Shown here: in pieces, positions 25,474-38,715 of the stretch
How the letters are laid out: every line of letters begins with the position of its first letter
How positions within the stretch are numbered: the first letter of the stretch is position 1
Source of the DNA: Camelus dromedarius
Taxonomy: Eukaryota
NCBI RefSeq assembly: GCF_036321535.1
Contig: NC_087436.1
Location: forward strand, 90,150,001 to 90,214,000
Direction: 5' to 3'
Length of the DNA stretch: 64,000 nucleotides
Made by a program: the position numbers and the translations under genes
Notes under the pieces: model-generated
The model's input: the letters and a program-made list of their open reading frames with translations, nothing else
The model's database searches: none
Told to the model about the DNA's origin: nothing

Positions 25474-27799
25474 CTTTAAAATACGAAACTTACAGAAATA
25501 GCAGAGAAGAGATTTTAATTGCCACTGGGTCATAAAGGCTGACTGGAGCAAAAGGTAACAAGCATGGCATGAATCAAACCACAGGAAACACTGAGAGATT
25601 TTTTTTTCAGCTGTCAATATGAAATAGTTAATAAAAGCAATTGTGGAAGTTTCTTTTAATGTTCTGATTATGATAGGTGGTTATATAAGTTTTGAACATG
25701 TTTGACATACAAGTTTATGAAAATAACTAAAGAATATTATTTTTGAGTTTGCGAATAACTCATAACCTGTAATATAAAGGACATTTATGAGATTAGGGTC
25801 TCAGGGAAACCACAAAAGATAAGAAATCAAATAAAAATCATACTAGCCCATGAATCTGTGTGTGATATTGGACATAGAGATAAACGGCTTAAGGATGGAA
25901 TTATCCTACTCAAGGTGAAAATGGTTAGCTTTGTTTAAAATAATAGATGACTTGGCAGTTCAAGACATGATTGACTTTGTTTCTCTCATTAGGAAGAAAA
26001 TTATAGCATAGAACCTGCAGGAGAATGTTAGGGAAACCTACAGCTATACTAGAAATCAAAGATAAAAATATGAAATCTATGAAATGCAGACACTGATCAG
26101 GAGACAGTGTTATTTGTACATAATACAGAAAACAAAGGAACATGCCTAAGTAAAGAATGTTACAGTTTTGTAGCTTCAATTTTCTGTCCTTTTTAAGTAG
26201 AATACCAGGAGAAGAAACTTCCCACTTCTTCTTGGAAAAAAGAAGTAAAATGGAGTATTTCTTCTTCCATTTGAAAAATTGCAAGTGACTTAACAAAATA
26301 CTTGGGGAGGGCTGCATGGCAGGGGACATATTCTTCCTTGTTCATCACATGAGGGCAATGGAATCAATAACACTATCAGCATATTTAATCTCACAAATCT
26401 CTTGCAGATCATTCCTCATGCTTGCATACAATGAGCCTCAAAGTTAAAATTCAATTTTAAGAGTTTTCACAGGCACTGAATAGCATTACTAATAGGGGAT
26501 TTATTCCCATCTAGCCCTTTCTTACAAATTTTAGAATGCTTGGCAGATTCAATTACTAACCCAAAGTCAAATGAAATCTAAGGAAATTATGTCTTCTCAT
26601 GACTATCCTATGCTGTTGTTTTATGCATCTTGTATGACACATTTCTAAATAGCTTCCCAAGAAAATAACTTTTATACTGATAAGGCATCCTCTTTAATAA
26701 TCCTCGGACACCTGTATTACTTTAAGTGTGAATACTCTTACCCTGATGGCTAAGATGGGGAATTTTCTGGGAGTTTGTTCTTCTGTTTATGGTGATATAG
26801 TCCATCATATAAACACATCACAGGGCATAAATCAAAAATTGTTGAGGTCTTATTTTATGCGAATTTTCAGTGCAACTTTTTGTCAGTTAAAATTGACATA
26901 CTTAAAAACTATTGATTTGTATTGTATTAATAAAATTAGATTTGAGTTAAAAGTATATAATTTTAAAATTTGCATATAACTATAATAGTAAATTACAGAT
27001 CAAGTATCTTACTATATTTTTCAGAATCCTTACTCTTCAATATTACTGCTGCTAGCCAAATCTCAATTTTAATTATTATGAAACTCTTTTACAACTTTAG
27101 AGATGCATGAGAAGCTCCGTAATATTCCTCAGAATGAAATTTTATCTATCTACCTATCTAAGATACTTTTATCTTTTGGTCTAAGGCATGAATGATCTTT
27201 GTATACAGCCTAGTAACAAGGAAAACAAAATTAGAGTTTGCAGTTGGAGGTGATTACATGATCTAAATGACTCTGAGTCCCTATGTCAACAGAAATGTGA
27301 GATCAGTATTCAGAAATACTTGTTTATTTAATACACTTGTGTTTCCTCTGTCTCTCTCTCTTTTTTTCATTATTACAGCTTTAAGTATAGGGAACACACT
27401 TGATTCAGAACCTTAGAGAGCAATGTAACTAATTACTTAGGTGCCTTCCAATGACAAACTTTAAAGTATTTGATTATACATTTTTTAAAAAATCATGGAA
27501 GAAAGGGGAAGAAAAAGTATGGGAGAAACGCATTAAACACTGGCACCTCTTCTTGTCTATTTGCTACCACTAATAGTGTTTATTATGTTTCCTATGCTCT
27601 GTGCTTGTCATTGTGTTTGTATTCTTGCTGCTTTTTTTAAAAAATATATAAAATATAGTGCATTTGAAGCCTTTCAAAAGGTGTCTTTGGAATTTTTATT
27701 GTAATTACACTGCATTTATTGATTGCTTTGTAGAAAATTTACATTAGTTCAACATTGACTTCATTGCCAGAATGATTCATACCCAAATTTTTAAGTTTT

Positions 27800-28112
27800 T
27801 TTATGTCAGTACTGCAGTCTTGATTACTGTAACTTAGTAGGGTTTGAAAATCGGAAGTGTGAATTATCAAATTTGCTCTTCCTTTTCCATAATTTTTAAT
27901 TATTCTGGATCCCTTGCATTTCCATATGAATTTCAGAATTAGTTTATCAGTATCTGTAAATAAGATGGCTGTGAGTTTGTGGGGAATTGCACTGGATTCG
28001 TAGATAAATTTGGGGAGGATTGCCATCTTAATGATATTAAATCTCCCTATCTATAAAAATGAATAGTCTTTCAATTGATATAGGTCTTCCTTAATTTCTT
28101 TCAACAATGTTT
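27800..28112 (-). mobile_element. L1 ORF2 fragment
   Basis: ORF 27739-28026 begins [36 protein letters not shown], matching the L1 ORF2 motif MAILPK..IPIK...KFIW. Confidence 0.9.
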
Positions 28113-28779
28113 GATTTTCTTAAGACTTGGTATTAAGTGGACTTTCATAAACAAGAAACATATTTATATGTAAACCATATCCAAATAAGTACTTTTTAAA
28201 AAATCCTATTTTTATTCTTCCATTACCCGTTTGGTTCCATATAAAATCTTTAGCTCTGTTACCTTTCTTACCTGAAAATGTCCCCATAAATGCAGTCCCT
28301 TCAATACTTTGGATTCAGGTTTTCTTACTCATCTATTCCTTTGCTCCCTAATTTGCTTCCTTTTCTTTTTCCTTTGTTCTTCTGGTCTCCTTTTTCTGTT
28401 TTTGGTCTGCAGATAACTATAGCATTGACTTTTTCCCCTCCAGTCCATCTATGATCTCCTCCATGAGGTCTAATCTTCTGTTTCAAACTTCATGATAGAC
28501 ATTTTAATCTCTTCTTACTGCATTCAATTCTCTAAAATCACATTTGCCCTCTTGTCATTCAATATGATCTATCAACATAGTCAAACTCTTAGATTTAAAA
28601 TCTTAGAATAATTTTATATTAAAATTATATATATAATGTTGCCAAGTCTTACTACTTTTATATTCTACCTTTGTACTCCCTATGCTATGAGCTGAATTTA
28701 GGCACTCATGACAGCTCTCTTTCAGAGGACCATTATATTTTCTGAGTTTCTTACTATCCTTTTCATCTCATGCTTTTCT

Positions 28780-30910
28780 ATATTTCTTTTATTCTTTTGA
28801 AATTTTCAAACATACAGAAAAAGTTGGAAATAATAAAGGAGCAATGTCTGTGTACCTTCCACACAGCTCCCAGCAAAGCCTAACATTTTGTAATACTTCT
28901 TTCAATTTCCTTTAATTTAAAAATAAATATTTAAAGATAGGGTTGAAGCTGTCTGTGTCCTTTTCATTATTCCATTCCTCTCTCTTTTCCCAGATGCAAA
29001 AACTATGCTGAAGCTGGTGCTTATACTTGCCTTGCAGGTGATCTACTATTACTTTGTGTGTGTATCTATCCACAAATAATGTATCTGTGTGGCATTTTTT
29101 TTGCATATTTCCAATGTTAAATTAAGTAACATGAAACTGTTTTGAAAGTCAGCTTTAAACTCAACTCTTATTTAGAGATTTGTTCATATTTATATCAATA
29201 CAGGTAGCAAAATCCATTTGATTTAACTACTATATTTTATTGTCTGAATGTGTAACTATAACCATTTTCATAGATGGTTATTTGAGTTGTTTACAGTGAT
29301 AACCATTGCCTCAATGGACAATCTCATTTTTGTGCTATTATTCCATTGTGAAAATCATTTTAATATTTTATTTGAAATAACTTTAGATTTATAGGAAACT
29401 AGCAAAAATGGTATAGAGAGTTTCTATACACCGTTCACTCTGCTTGCCCTAACGTTAACATCTACCTTACCACCACAGTATGAGTATCAAAACCAACAAA
29501 TTAACATTAGTACAATATTAACAAAATACAAAATATTTTCAAATTTCTATAGCACTTTCCACTAATGACCTTTTTCTTTTCTAAGATTCCATCCAGGATC
29601 ACTTATTCTATTTAGTTTTCATGTCTCCTTAGTTTTCAATCTGTGACAATTCCTCACTCTTTCCTTGCCTTTCATGACCTTAAAACGTCTTTAGTTTCCT
29701 TGCCGGTTATTTAGTGCAATGTCCCACAATTAGGGATTTATTTATTCATAATTAGATGTCAATTCTGCATTATTGGCAAGGACATCACTGAAAAGTTCTA
29801 CCCTATTCAGGGCCTTATATCAGGAGGCTGATGGATGTCAATAGTTTATCTTATTAATAGACATTACCTTGATAACCTGTAACCTGCCAAGTGTCTCAAC
29901 AGTAAAGTTACAATATTCTCCTGATAATTAATCAATTTCTTGGAAAATATATACCTTTAGACTATGTAACACCCTATTTCTCCACAAACTCTCACCCTTA
30001 GCAAGTATCAAGTGGATTGTGCTTTCAACAATTATTATGCTGGTTTCTTAGTGATAACTTTCTACTTCCTTCATTCCTAGTATATTTATTTACTGAAATT
30101 CTTCTGAGAGGAAAAGCAGTTCTTAACCCCCTGCATTGTATTCAATTGCTTATTTCAGTACTGACTCATGGATATTGGATTTTTTGTTGTTGTTGAATGA
30201 GTTCTAATTGAATATTATTGTTCTTTTTGCTATTTAAATTGTAACAGATTTGGCCATTTGGAGCTCTTTCAGATCAGTACTTCTGTTTCAGTTTTTATTT
30301 TGCAGTTTGTTTTTTTTTAAATGACCCCATCCTTTTTTTTTTTAAATCATGGCCCTGCTTTTTGGTCTACAAGTTACTCTAGGATCATCTTGTGTTTTCT
30401 CTACCCTAGGCCTGAAATCAACCACTTCTCCAGGGAATTCAGGCTCTTTTTATTGGATAATTGTATTTAGAAAATAAAATCTTGGTACTAGATGTGCAAA
30501 AATATTTAATAGGCATATATTACTAGAAGTGGAATTGTGGAGTCTGATGGGAATGAATCTTTATAATTTAATTGGATATTATCACATTGCTAAACAAAGT
30601 AGTCTTTCAATTCCTTCAGAAGTATGTAAGGATTTTGTTTGCTCTATAGTCTCAACAATCCTTGACATTACCAGACCTAAAATTAAAAAAATTCACCAGT
30701 CTAATGGATAACGTCCCATTACTGCTTTTTTTCTGTTTCCCTGAAATCTAGAAAGGTGAAATATGTTTTATGCATATATTAGCCATTTGATTTGTATTTT
30801 ATATATACTGTCTTTAGATATTTTTGCCATTTTTTCCCCATTGTTTTGTTTGCCTTTTAATTATTGATGTGCATGTGTTCCCTATATATTCTGGGTAAGA
30901 ATATTTGTTA
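28780..30910 (-). mobile_element. Old L1ME-like element containing a nested L1MC4/5-like 3' fragment (about 29360-30495)
   Basis: The outer element starts tttgaaattttcaaacatacagaaaagttg. The inner element starts ttgaaataactttagatttataggaaactagcaaaaatggtatagagagtttc. The insert is flanked by tgtgaaaatcattttaata and tgtgcaaaaatatttaata. Confidence 0.7.
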
Positions 30911-30924
30911 ATGTACTATGACTA

Positions 30925-31405
30925 TAATTATTTGCATAAGAGAAAGACTTTTTGACAATGGCTTAATTAAACTATAAATTTACTTATCTTTGATTAAAAA
31001 AAGTTTGGAATTGATGGACTGATATGGTGGCCCCTAGATAAACTCTAAGAAATCTCCAAGCTTCTATTTTCTTCCTCAACATGTGGTTTCCACCACCAGG
31101 GATAGTTCATGGTCCAAAATGGCTACTGAAATTCCTTCTATCAAAATCATATTCTGGGAAACAGAAAGAGCAACTGAGAAATAAAAGGCTTAAAACTTTC
31201 TTAAAGTAGATTTCACGATAATTTTTTACAGTTCTTCTTTTTGTATCTTATAGACTGGAACTTAATCAAATGGTTTCCCCTAGATGCAATGAAAGTACAG
31301 AAAAGTAAGCTTTTTACTTTGGCAAGCTACCTACTAAAAGTCAAAGTTCTTGCACCAAAGTGTAAACTATTTGTTGATACTTAGACAGCTAACAGTCTCT
31401 TACAC
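30925..31405 (-). mobile_element. Old MLT1 LTR (J-like)
   Basis: tggcttaattaaac...catggtccaaaatggctactgaaattcc...actggaacttaatcaaatgg...gacagctaacagtctcttacaca. Confidence 0.6.
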
Positions 31406-31414
31406 AATTACATA

Positions 31415-31915
31415 CATACTCTATCAGTTAACTAATTATTCATAACAAACCACTTGAAAGCTTAGTAGTTTAAAACAACAACCACATATATAGCTCATAA
31501 TTCCTTGGGTTGGCAATTTAGGCTCTGATCAGCTGAGAAATTCTTGTAATTTTGGCTGGGGTTTCTTAAGCATTGTGATCAGCTGTGAATCTGCTGGGTC
31601 GCTCTGCTACTTGGGGTCTGCTGCCTGTCTTGAAGTCCCTTAGCTTCCCTTCATGTTATCTCTTATCCTCCATCCTGACTGCTGCGCTCTTTTGTAAGTC
31701 ATTGTAAGGTTTCCAAGGAAATGAGTGAAAGTGTTCAAGACCATGTGGGGCCTAGACTTAGACTGGCACAACATCACTCCCTCCTAACTCTGTTGGACAA
31801 TGCATGTCATCAGATCAAACTGGATTCAATCCTTCATGTGAAAAGCTGCAGCGTCACACTGGCTATAGGGTGAACGTCGATAACTGTAGCCATTTTAAAA
31901 ATCACCCACTCCAGT
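31415..31915 (-). mobile_element. MLT1 LTR (F/G/H-like)
   Basis: ataacaaaccacttgaaagcttagtagtttaaaacaacaac...actggcacaacatcactccc...gtagccattttaaaaatcacc. Confidence 0.7.
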
Positions 31916-34502
31916 CAAACACCAGTTTCCGAAAACAAGGCTTGTACAATCTCCTAAATTTGCTTTAGATTGATATTTCGTTACCCTTTTGTGTTTGGGG
32001 CTTTTCTTTAAAAAAAAAAAATTAATCTGCTGTTTCCCTCTAGTGTTTGCCCAAGAAAGTAAAGAACTGAATCAACTGCATACATTTCTTGATAGTAGAG
32101 TTCCCTGTTTGGAAAACTGTCAAACAATATGGTGTATAAAACCTCTGTTATACTGTTTATGTTATTTTGTACCTTGTACAAGTTATTACATCACCTTCCA
32201 GGAAAAAAATGAGAAAACAACAAAAATGATTAGGCACAGAATCATTCTTTTATGGGTTGAGTAGAGCTAAGGTTAAAACGCCTAGTAGAAAATGTGGCCA
32301 GGGCCATTTGAAAAATATAATTTTAAATTAGCCAAATTACTTAAGTGAAATTTCAAAATATTTTGAACAAGCTCAGAAAAAGTGATGATTAACTCACAGA
32401 GTAATTGTCTGATGAGTCGATCAATATGCTATTATATTTATTTTGTAAATTATAAATCTTTGAGTGCTTCCAAAGAACCACCAGACAGTTTTTCTCTGCT
32501 TTGTGGATAGACTGTGCCTCTCAGAGATGAAGGCTTGTAGGAAAAGCCGAAGTCATTTGTCTGGGAGAGTTGCTTCTCCAAACAACCCCCAGGGTTTTTT
32601 CCTATCCACCTGTTTTTCCTTCCCTTTGCTCTTTAACACTTAGTAACTTGTGCAAATTCAGTTGTGTGAATTTTAGATATCCCACATTTCAGAGAATTGA
32701 CAAGACTGGGAATAAACCCATGATGAATCTGATGGGGAGAAGTTATGACACTGTCCCCTCACTAAAAATAAAATAATGAAGAAAGGAAATTAACAAATGC
32801 AAATGGAACATAAGAGAAAAAGTGAAAAATACTATTGCACTAGACTAATTGATAAAATGCCCTTCCAAAAATGGTTTTTATTTTACTTTAGGGTCACTTT
32901 CCCAGAGAAGGCATAGAGTTGCTCATGAAGCTGACTGGAGTCTTCTCTTTCCCCACATTCTTTATCACACACACCTGCAGTACATAACTGGCAACCTGTG
33001 GATTGGGAAGTACTGATCAAAACTTTGCTGATGCCAATCACACTTTCCAATATAAGTTCTTATCATCCCATTGTCCAGTGAAAACCAAACATTTTTATAT
33101 GTTTGCTGGATTTTTATCTTAGATATTCAATAGATTAGAGAAAAAGAAAGGCTAGATTGGAGTTCTTTTGTTACCCATTTTTCTTTTTGAAAAGACAGCA
33201 ATATTCACCAAAAATGTTGCATAAGTATAAATATGATCCATAACTTATGAATAAAGAATTGTCTTTTCCTTCTATTTCAGACATAAGAGATCAAATTTGA
33301 TTTTTCAACCAAAGGTGAAAGAAAGTCTTTATGTCATGCATTATGATTCTATCACTATAATTTCTATCATACTGTGTGATTTATAAACTATCTAATGCAT
33401 ATATAGGATGTCAAGAGCTTCAATCACATAAATACATGACTTGAGTCTAAAGCACACAAAAAATAAATATTGTTAAAACTGAATAAATGCCTCATGGTAT
33501 TCTACCAATCATTTAAGTCATTTTACAATAGGGAACTGATTTAAAGTTTTCATAAATCCCAGTGAAGGAAAACATTTTCAGTTAATCAAATTAGCTGCTT
33601 AAATTGCTGAAGCAACTTAATTGAAACTGAATCAAGTAATTTGCATAAATCACACCATCAGATGTTTCTCTTGAAATCTATTTAGTTGTGATTTGTATAA
33701 AGAATAAGCACTCATATATATTAACAAAACCCAGGCCTCTGAAACACATTGTACTATTATGGAGCATTTGTAAATGTGGCATTTTCTAATTCAATTTAAT
33801 ATTTTAATGTTTTGTACAATTTGAAGTTATTTCTTTTGGAAACATTAGGTCAAAATTATCTTGTTTTCAACGATATTCTGAGGAGGAAATAGGTGTATGA
33901 AGTATGTTATTTACCAAATGACAAAGTAGATTTATTTTAATACATTAAGACACATACCATGTTGCCTCTTAGAGTATGATCTACCTATTTGTTTATGAGA
34001 GAAATCTTTTTCTTATTTCATCATATGTGACTTGCTCTTCAGAAATGTTTGGCTTTTGGGAAGAGAACATGTGTGGATATTTTAAAAATACATAGAAAAC
34101 AGAGGTGCCTATCTATCTATATATTTATTTGTATTTATGTACTGAATATTGCTTATACAAACCTATATCTGATTTCATTTTTAAATTAATAAGTGTACTT
34201 TTCCTGTTAAATTATCTTTGCCCAGATTTACCAAGAATTGACTTACAATGTTGAGACTTCACTGCCCCGTGCATCTGGGAAGGATGTGATGATATTAAAA
34301 TGAGCTTTTATTGGATCTTCCTTCCTGCCTTATGCTCCCTTTCATTCTTTTATTATTTAAAATATTTTTAAAAATCAAAGCATTTATATATGTATATGTA
34401 CAGTACAAATAATAACAATAATGAATACCATGGGCCCACTACCCATCTTAAAGAAAGGCTGTAACTAGTATCTTCAAAGCACCTGTGGACATTCTGATTA
34501 CG

Positions 34503-35274
34503 TGCGGGAGCCCACGATTGGGTTAACAAATTGTAACAGACCCCAGCCACTTGTCTCCTTAAAGAAGAGCAAATGTGCTTAGTAACTGCCTTGCTTCCAT
34601 AGTTGAGGTTTTAGATAGCACTCTGCTCTTTGCAAAGCAATGACCCAGGCCCTCGGCTATAAACGCTGGGCGTGCCTACTGTTAGATAGTCTTCTATCCC
34701 CAAAGCAAGGAACTGGCTGGGCTGGTGGTCTGCTTTAACAGATCTGTAAGAATGTATCTTGCTCCCCTTTTCTCATGACTTCCCTAAAGGTAAACTGTAG
34801 GCCCACAAAGGAAGGAGTCTTGGGCTGGAATGGTAAACAAGTTATAAAAAGCTGCAGACACAGAGGTGAGAAGGCTGGTTAGCCAATGACGGGTAAGATC
34901 CCCAAAGGGGGGCAACCTAAGACAGGCACAGCCACCTGAGTCCAAGAAAAATGTTAAGCAGCTGCTTCTCATACATTCTGCCCTGATAAGCTGCAAGGCT
35001 CGCTGATGCCAACATGAACATGATTTACCAAAACATAAAGGGTCTTCTGACCTTGAGCCAAACTCTACAATCTCGATCCCACCCTGTCTTTCCCTAATTT
35101 CCTGCATTCCCACACAACTGTCAGTGATTTCTCCTTTGATTGTACACAATAAATGTGGGAGCATTTGAGAGGTTCGTGGAGTTGGCTGCCGACTCCCTCT
35201 TGCTCTCTTGACTTTTTCCACAGAGTCTCGGTGGGACTTCTGCTGGCCAGAACCCACAACTGGTGACGAACCCA
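34503..35274 (+). mobile_element. Relatively young ERV LTR (34503-35258, ERV2-like termini) followed by a PBS stub and a second LTR terminus, within a TSD
   Basis: Starts TGCGGG and ends CCCACA (imperfect terminal inverted repeat). AATAAA at 35148, TATA-like motifs, retained CpGs. tgattacg occurs on both sides (34495-34502 and 35275-35282). Confidence 0.85.
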
Positions 35275-35421
35275 TGATTACGTTCCCTTATCTCATCCAC
35301 AGAGAGACCTACTGCCATGATACTTGCTCAGGATTTACTGTATTTCTTTATATTCAAACCACATTCATGGTTATCTCTAAGCAATAAATGGTTTACTGTT
35401 TTGGAAATTTATATATACATG

Positions 35422-36450
35422 AAATTCATTCATTTACTCATTCAACAAATATCCATTCAGTACCTACTACATGCCAGGACTGTTTTAAGAGCTAGAGATA
35501 CAGCAATGAAGTAAAGGAGATGAAAATCTCTTGACTTCAAGGAGCTTACATTAGAGTGGTAGAGGTGATCGATGAGCAAAGAAAATAAGTCAATATATCA
35601 AGAATACTTAATGATAAATGCTAGGCAGAAAATGCAGCAGAAAACAACAACATGAAATAATAGGGGGTCTAATTCACCTATTTAAGGTTGTCAGGAAAGG
35701 CCTCAATGAAAAAGCAATTTTGACCAAAGACCTGAAAGAAGAGGGCGCATCAGTCAGATAGATACAGAGACATAGAAAGTAGGAAATGCAAAGTCCCTGA
35801 TGTGAGTGTGTACCTGTCCTGACCAGGAGGTGGCGAGGAGAGCATGCAGCAGAAGCCGAGTGAGCAAGGCAGAGAGTGTGAGAGGGCTTGGGATTAAAAA
35901 GGTGCCATTAGCCAGATCATGTGGGGTTTAGTAAGGACTTTGGCTCTTACTTTGAAGCTTTTGGAGGACTTTGAGGAGAGATATAATCAATTCTACTCCT
36001 CTTCTCTGCTACGGATAAGCTACAGGGGCTTAGGCTAAGGGAGAAGCAGGAAGGCCAGTTAGAAGGTTATAAAAAAAATCCAGACAAGAAATGATGTCAA
36101 TTTTGATGAGAAGGATGATGGCTTTTGCATTGAGAAGTGGTCAAACTGTGGATATATTTTGAAAGCAGAGCCAAAAGAATTTGCTGATGGATAAAGAGAG
36201 AAAGGACTCAATGCCTGAGAGACTAGAAGAAATGGTATTTCAGTATACTGCCCGAGATGAGAAAGCTTGCAGGAGGAGCTTGTGTTGGGAGGGAGGGTCA
36301 TGAACTTGGTTTCAGCAGTGCTAAGAGTGAGAGCCAGCAACATGAATATACTGTGTTGGAATTCGTATTCAGTAGTGCATGTCTGAAAGGTCAGGCAGAG
36401 GATTTGGGCTAGAGATATAAATTTGAGAATCATCAGCATACAGATGATCT
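35422..36450 (-). mobile_element. L2 LINE, about 1 kb 3' fragment including an RT remnant
   Basis: attcattcatttactcattcaacaaatat tail. The reverse of gggctagagatataaatttgagaatcatcagcataca encodes the YADDSQIY motif of L2 reverse transcriptase. Confidence 0.9.
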
Positions 36451-36580
36451 TTATTATTTCTTATTGGTAAGAATCTGAAACTATGAGTCTTCATGTGAAC
36501 ACTTCTTTAGCATTATCAAACAAATTCAGACATGAATTTTTATATTATTTTTGACTTCTAGAAATTCGACAACATCAATA

Positions 36581-36769
36581 TTTTTTTTAATAGAGGTACT
36601 GGGAATTGAACTCAGGACTTCATGCATCCTAAGCATGCACTCTACCACTGAGTTATACTAACCTCCTTGGAGATAATTAGGTTTATTTATTTGAAGGGAG
36701 GTACTGGGGATTGAACCCAGGACCTTGTGCACGCTAATCACGCACTCTACCACTGAGCTATACCCTCCC
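36581..36769 (-). mobile_element. Dimeric tRNA-derived SINE (camelid Vic-1 type)
   Basis: Two tRNA-like units. On the minus strand the first reads gggagggtatagctcagtggtagagtgcgtg...ggtcctgggttcaatccccagtacctcc (A and B boxes), then an AT linker, a second unit and an A tail. acatcaat occurs in both flanks. Confidence 0.85.
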
Positions 36770-36969
36770 TTCTGACATCAATTTGTATTTACCTTTTTTC
36801 AGATCGTTGTTTTTAAATGTCTGGGGGAGGGTGATTTTATTTCTGATTGTTATTGAGGTTTCGTTTATCAGTTTTATTTGTGACCAATTTCCAAAGTGGT
36901 TTTAACAATTTATAATCCCACATCAATTTCTAATATTAAGTATATTCCTCCATATTTATTTATTTATCG

Positions 36970-37060
36970 TATTTTTAAAAGATTTTATTTTTAGAGCAGT
37001 TTTGGGTTCACAACAAAGTTGAGGGGAAGGTACAGAGACTTTCCATATATCTACTACCTA
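36970..37060 (-). mobile_element. Short L1MD-like 3' terminal fragment
   Basis: tttttagagcagttttgggttcacaacaaagttgaggggaaggtacagaga. Confidence 0.7.
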
Positions 37061-38715
37061 TTTTAAAGAAAGGCCATTACTTTTCTGCATGTATATTTGA
37101 ACATTTCTCTCCTCTGAGGAACTCCTGAACTTTTTTCTTCAAGGGCTCAGTCATCTATAAAAATATGTAACTTTTAATTACCTAGTATTTTTACTATGTT
37201 GAACTGGAAAAGGTTTCTTTATGGTCTAGTATCACATTCAACTAGAAATGGAGTCCAGTGGTCCTCTTTCCAATCCAAAATGCAACTCACAAATTAATTT
37301 CTGTTAAACACATTTGCACAACTGTTTCCTTGCTGAACAACAATTTGTGCATCTTCTTACATAAATGTTGAATTTCAGACTTTGTGAAGTCTTTTAGAAG
37401 TGTCTTCTTAATGTACCCTCTTTACTTTTCTGAACTTTATATCACTTTCTTGCATACAAAGAATCATATTTTTCTTTTCTTAATATACTATATAAAGCAA
37501 AGATTTGAAACAGAGTTTATAACTATCTCATTTCTTTTACCCTTTCCTTTGCCCTCATGTTCTCTTCTGCCAATACAAGCGCTTTTCTCAAATGTTTGTT
37601 AATCCTGTCCCAGGCCTCAATGTTACTCTTTCTTTCTTTGAATTGAACGCCAATTCAAGGACCTACTATATTAGCAAAGCATTATCATATTATGTATTAA
37701 TTATTCAATAAAATATTGATCAAATAAAACTTATTCACTCTAAAGTTGACAGGCTTAATTCTTTTCAACCTCTTTAAATATTTATTTACTTATTTATTAG
37801 CAAATAACACGGACCTTCCCCTATGAGCCAGCTTTATTTTGTTTTGTTTTATTTTTCCTAGCATTCAGCCTGAAGTTTATCACATAATAGATATTCACAA
37901 AACATGTGATTCTTAAATTTAGGATGAAGATTCCCCACTTTACGTAGCTAATAAATATACAAAGACATGGCAGATATTACAGTGCCATAGAATTAGCATT
38001 CCTGTTTGCCTGTTCCTGGGTGATGATTTTTTTAAAGCAGCAACTCCACAAATTGACACATTTTAATATACAAATTAATATTACTTCATTCAAGACTTAT
38101 TTAGAAGAAAGATATCAATGGTTACTTTCAGCCAGATTGTACTTAAACCCACTGAGCTATTGGTCAAACTCTAGCGTGTTTATTAGCAAACAGGGACTCT
38201 GATGTTCATATCAAAAGCAGCGTCTTCTAAAAGTTATGATTTGTGTTAAGAAGTTCACAGAAAATCAAAAAGGTTTGTCTTAGACCGAGGAAGGAAGTCA
38301 CAGATATACTACGCGCTGACTGCTGAGTGCAAATGAGTCAATGTCTATAAAACCTTGTATGTATATTATCTGCATAATAAGTCCTGACATTTTTGTGTGT
38401 TTTATTGTTCGAATTTTCCTTTAATTCATTTTCTTTTTTCGTATATTTTGTTCCATGTGTTATGGATGTAAAATCAACTTACATAACCCTCTGGCCTTAA
38501 TTCTCTAGTACGAAGGAAAACCACTTTTCAACAAATAAATATAATGCAATCAATTCTCTTATAACACAGAATGGTATTTAAATTAAAAGAAAAGATTAAT
38601 GACACAAGTGACTTTCAGTATTAGGTACTTGTAGAGGGACATTTTGAAAGGTGGAGCACTTTCTACTGCCGTCTGGAACCATTATATCCTCTGCTATGTC
38701 TTCTGCAGGCCTGAA

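Noticed and set aside
34784..35318. Overlapping minus-strand ORFs up to 163 aa
   Set aside because: They are antisense to an LTR and show no recognisable sag, env or rec similarity; likely a by-product of higher GC content.
36695..36769. tRNA gene
   Set aside because: Part of a dimeric SINE with an A tail and flanking duplication; the stems are degenerate.
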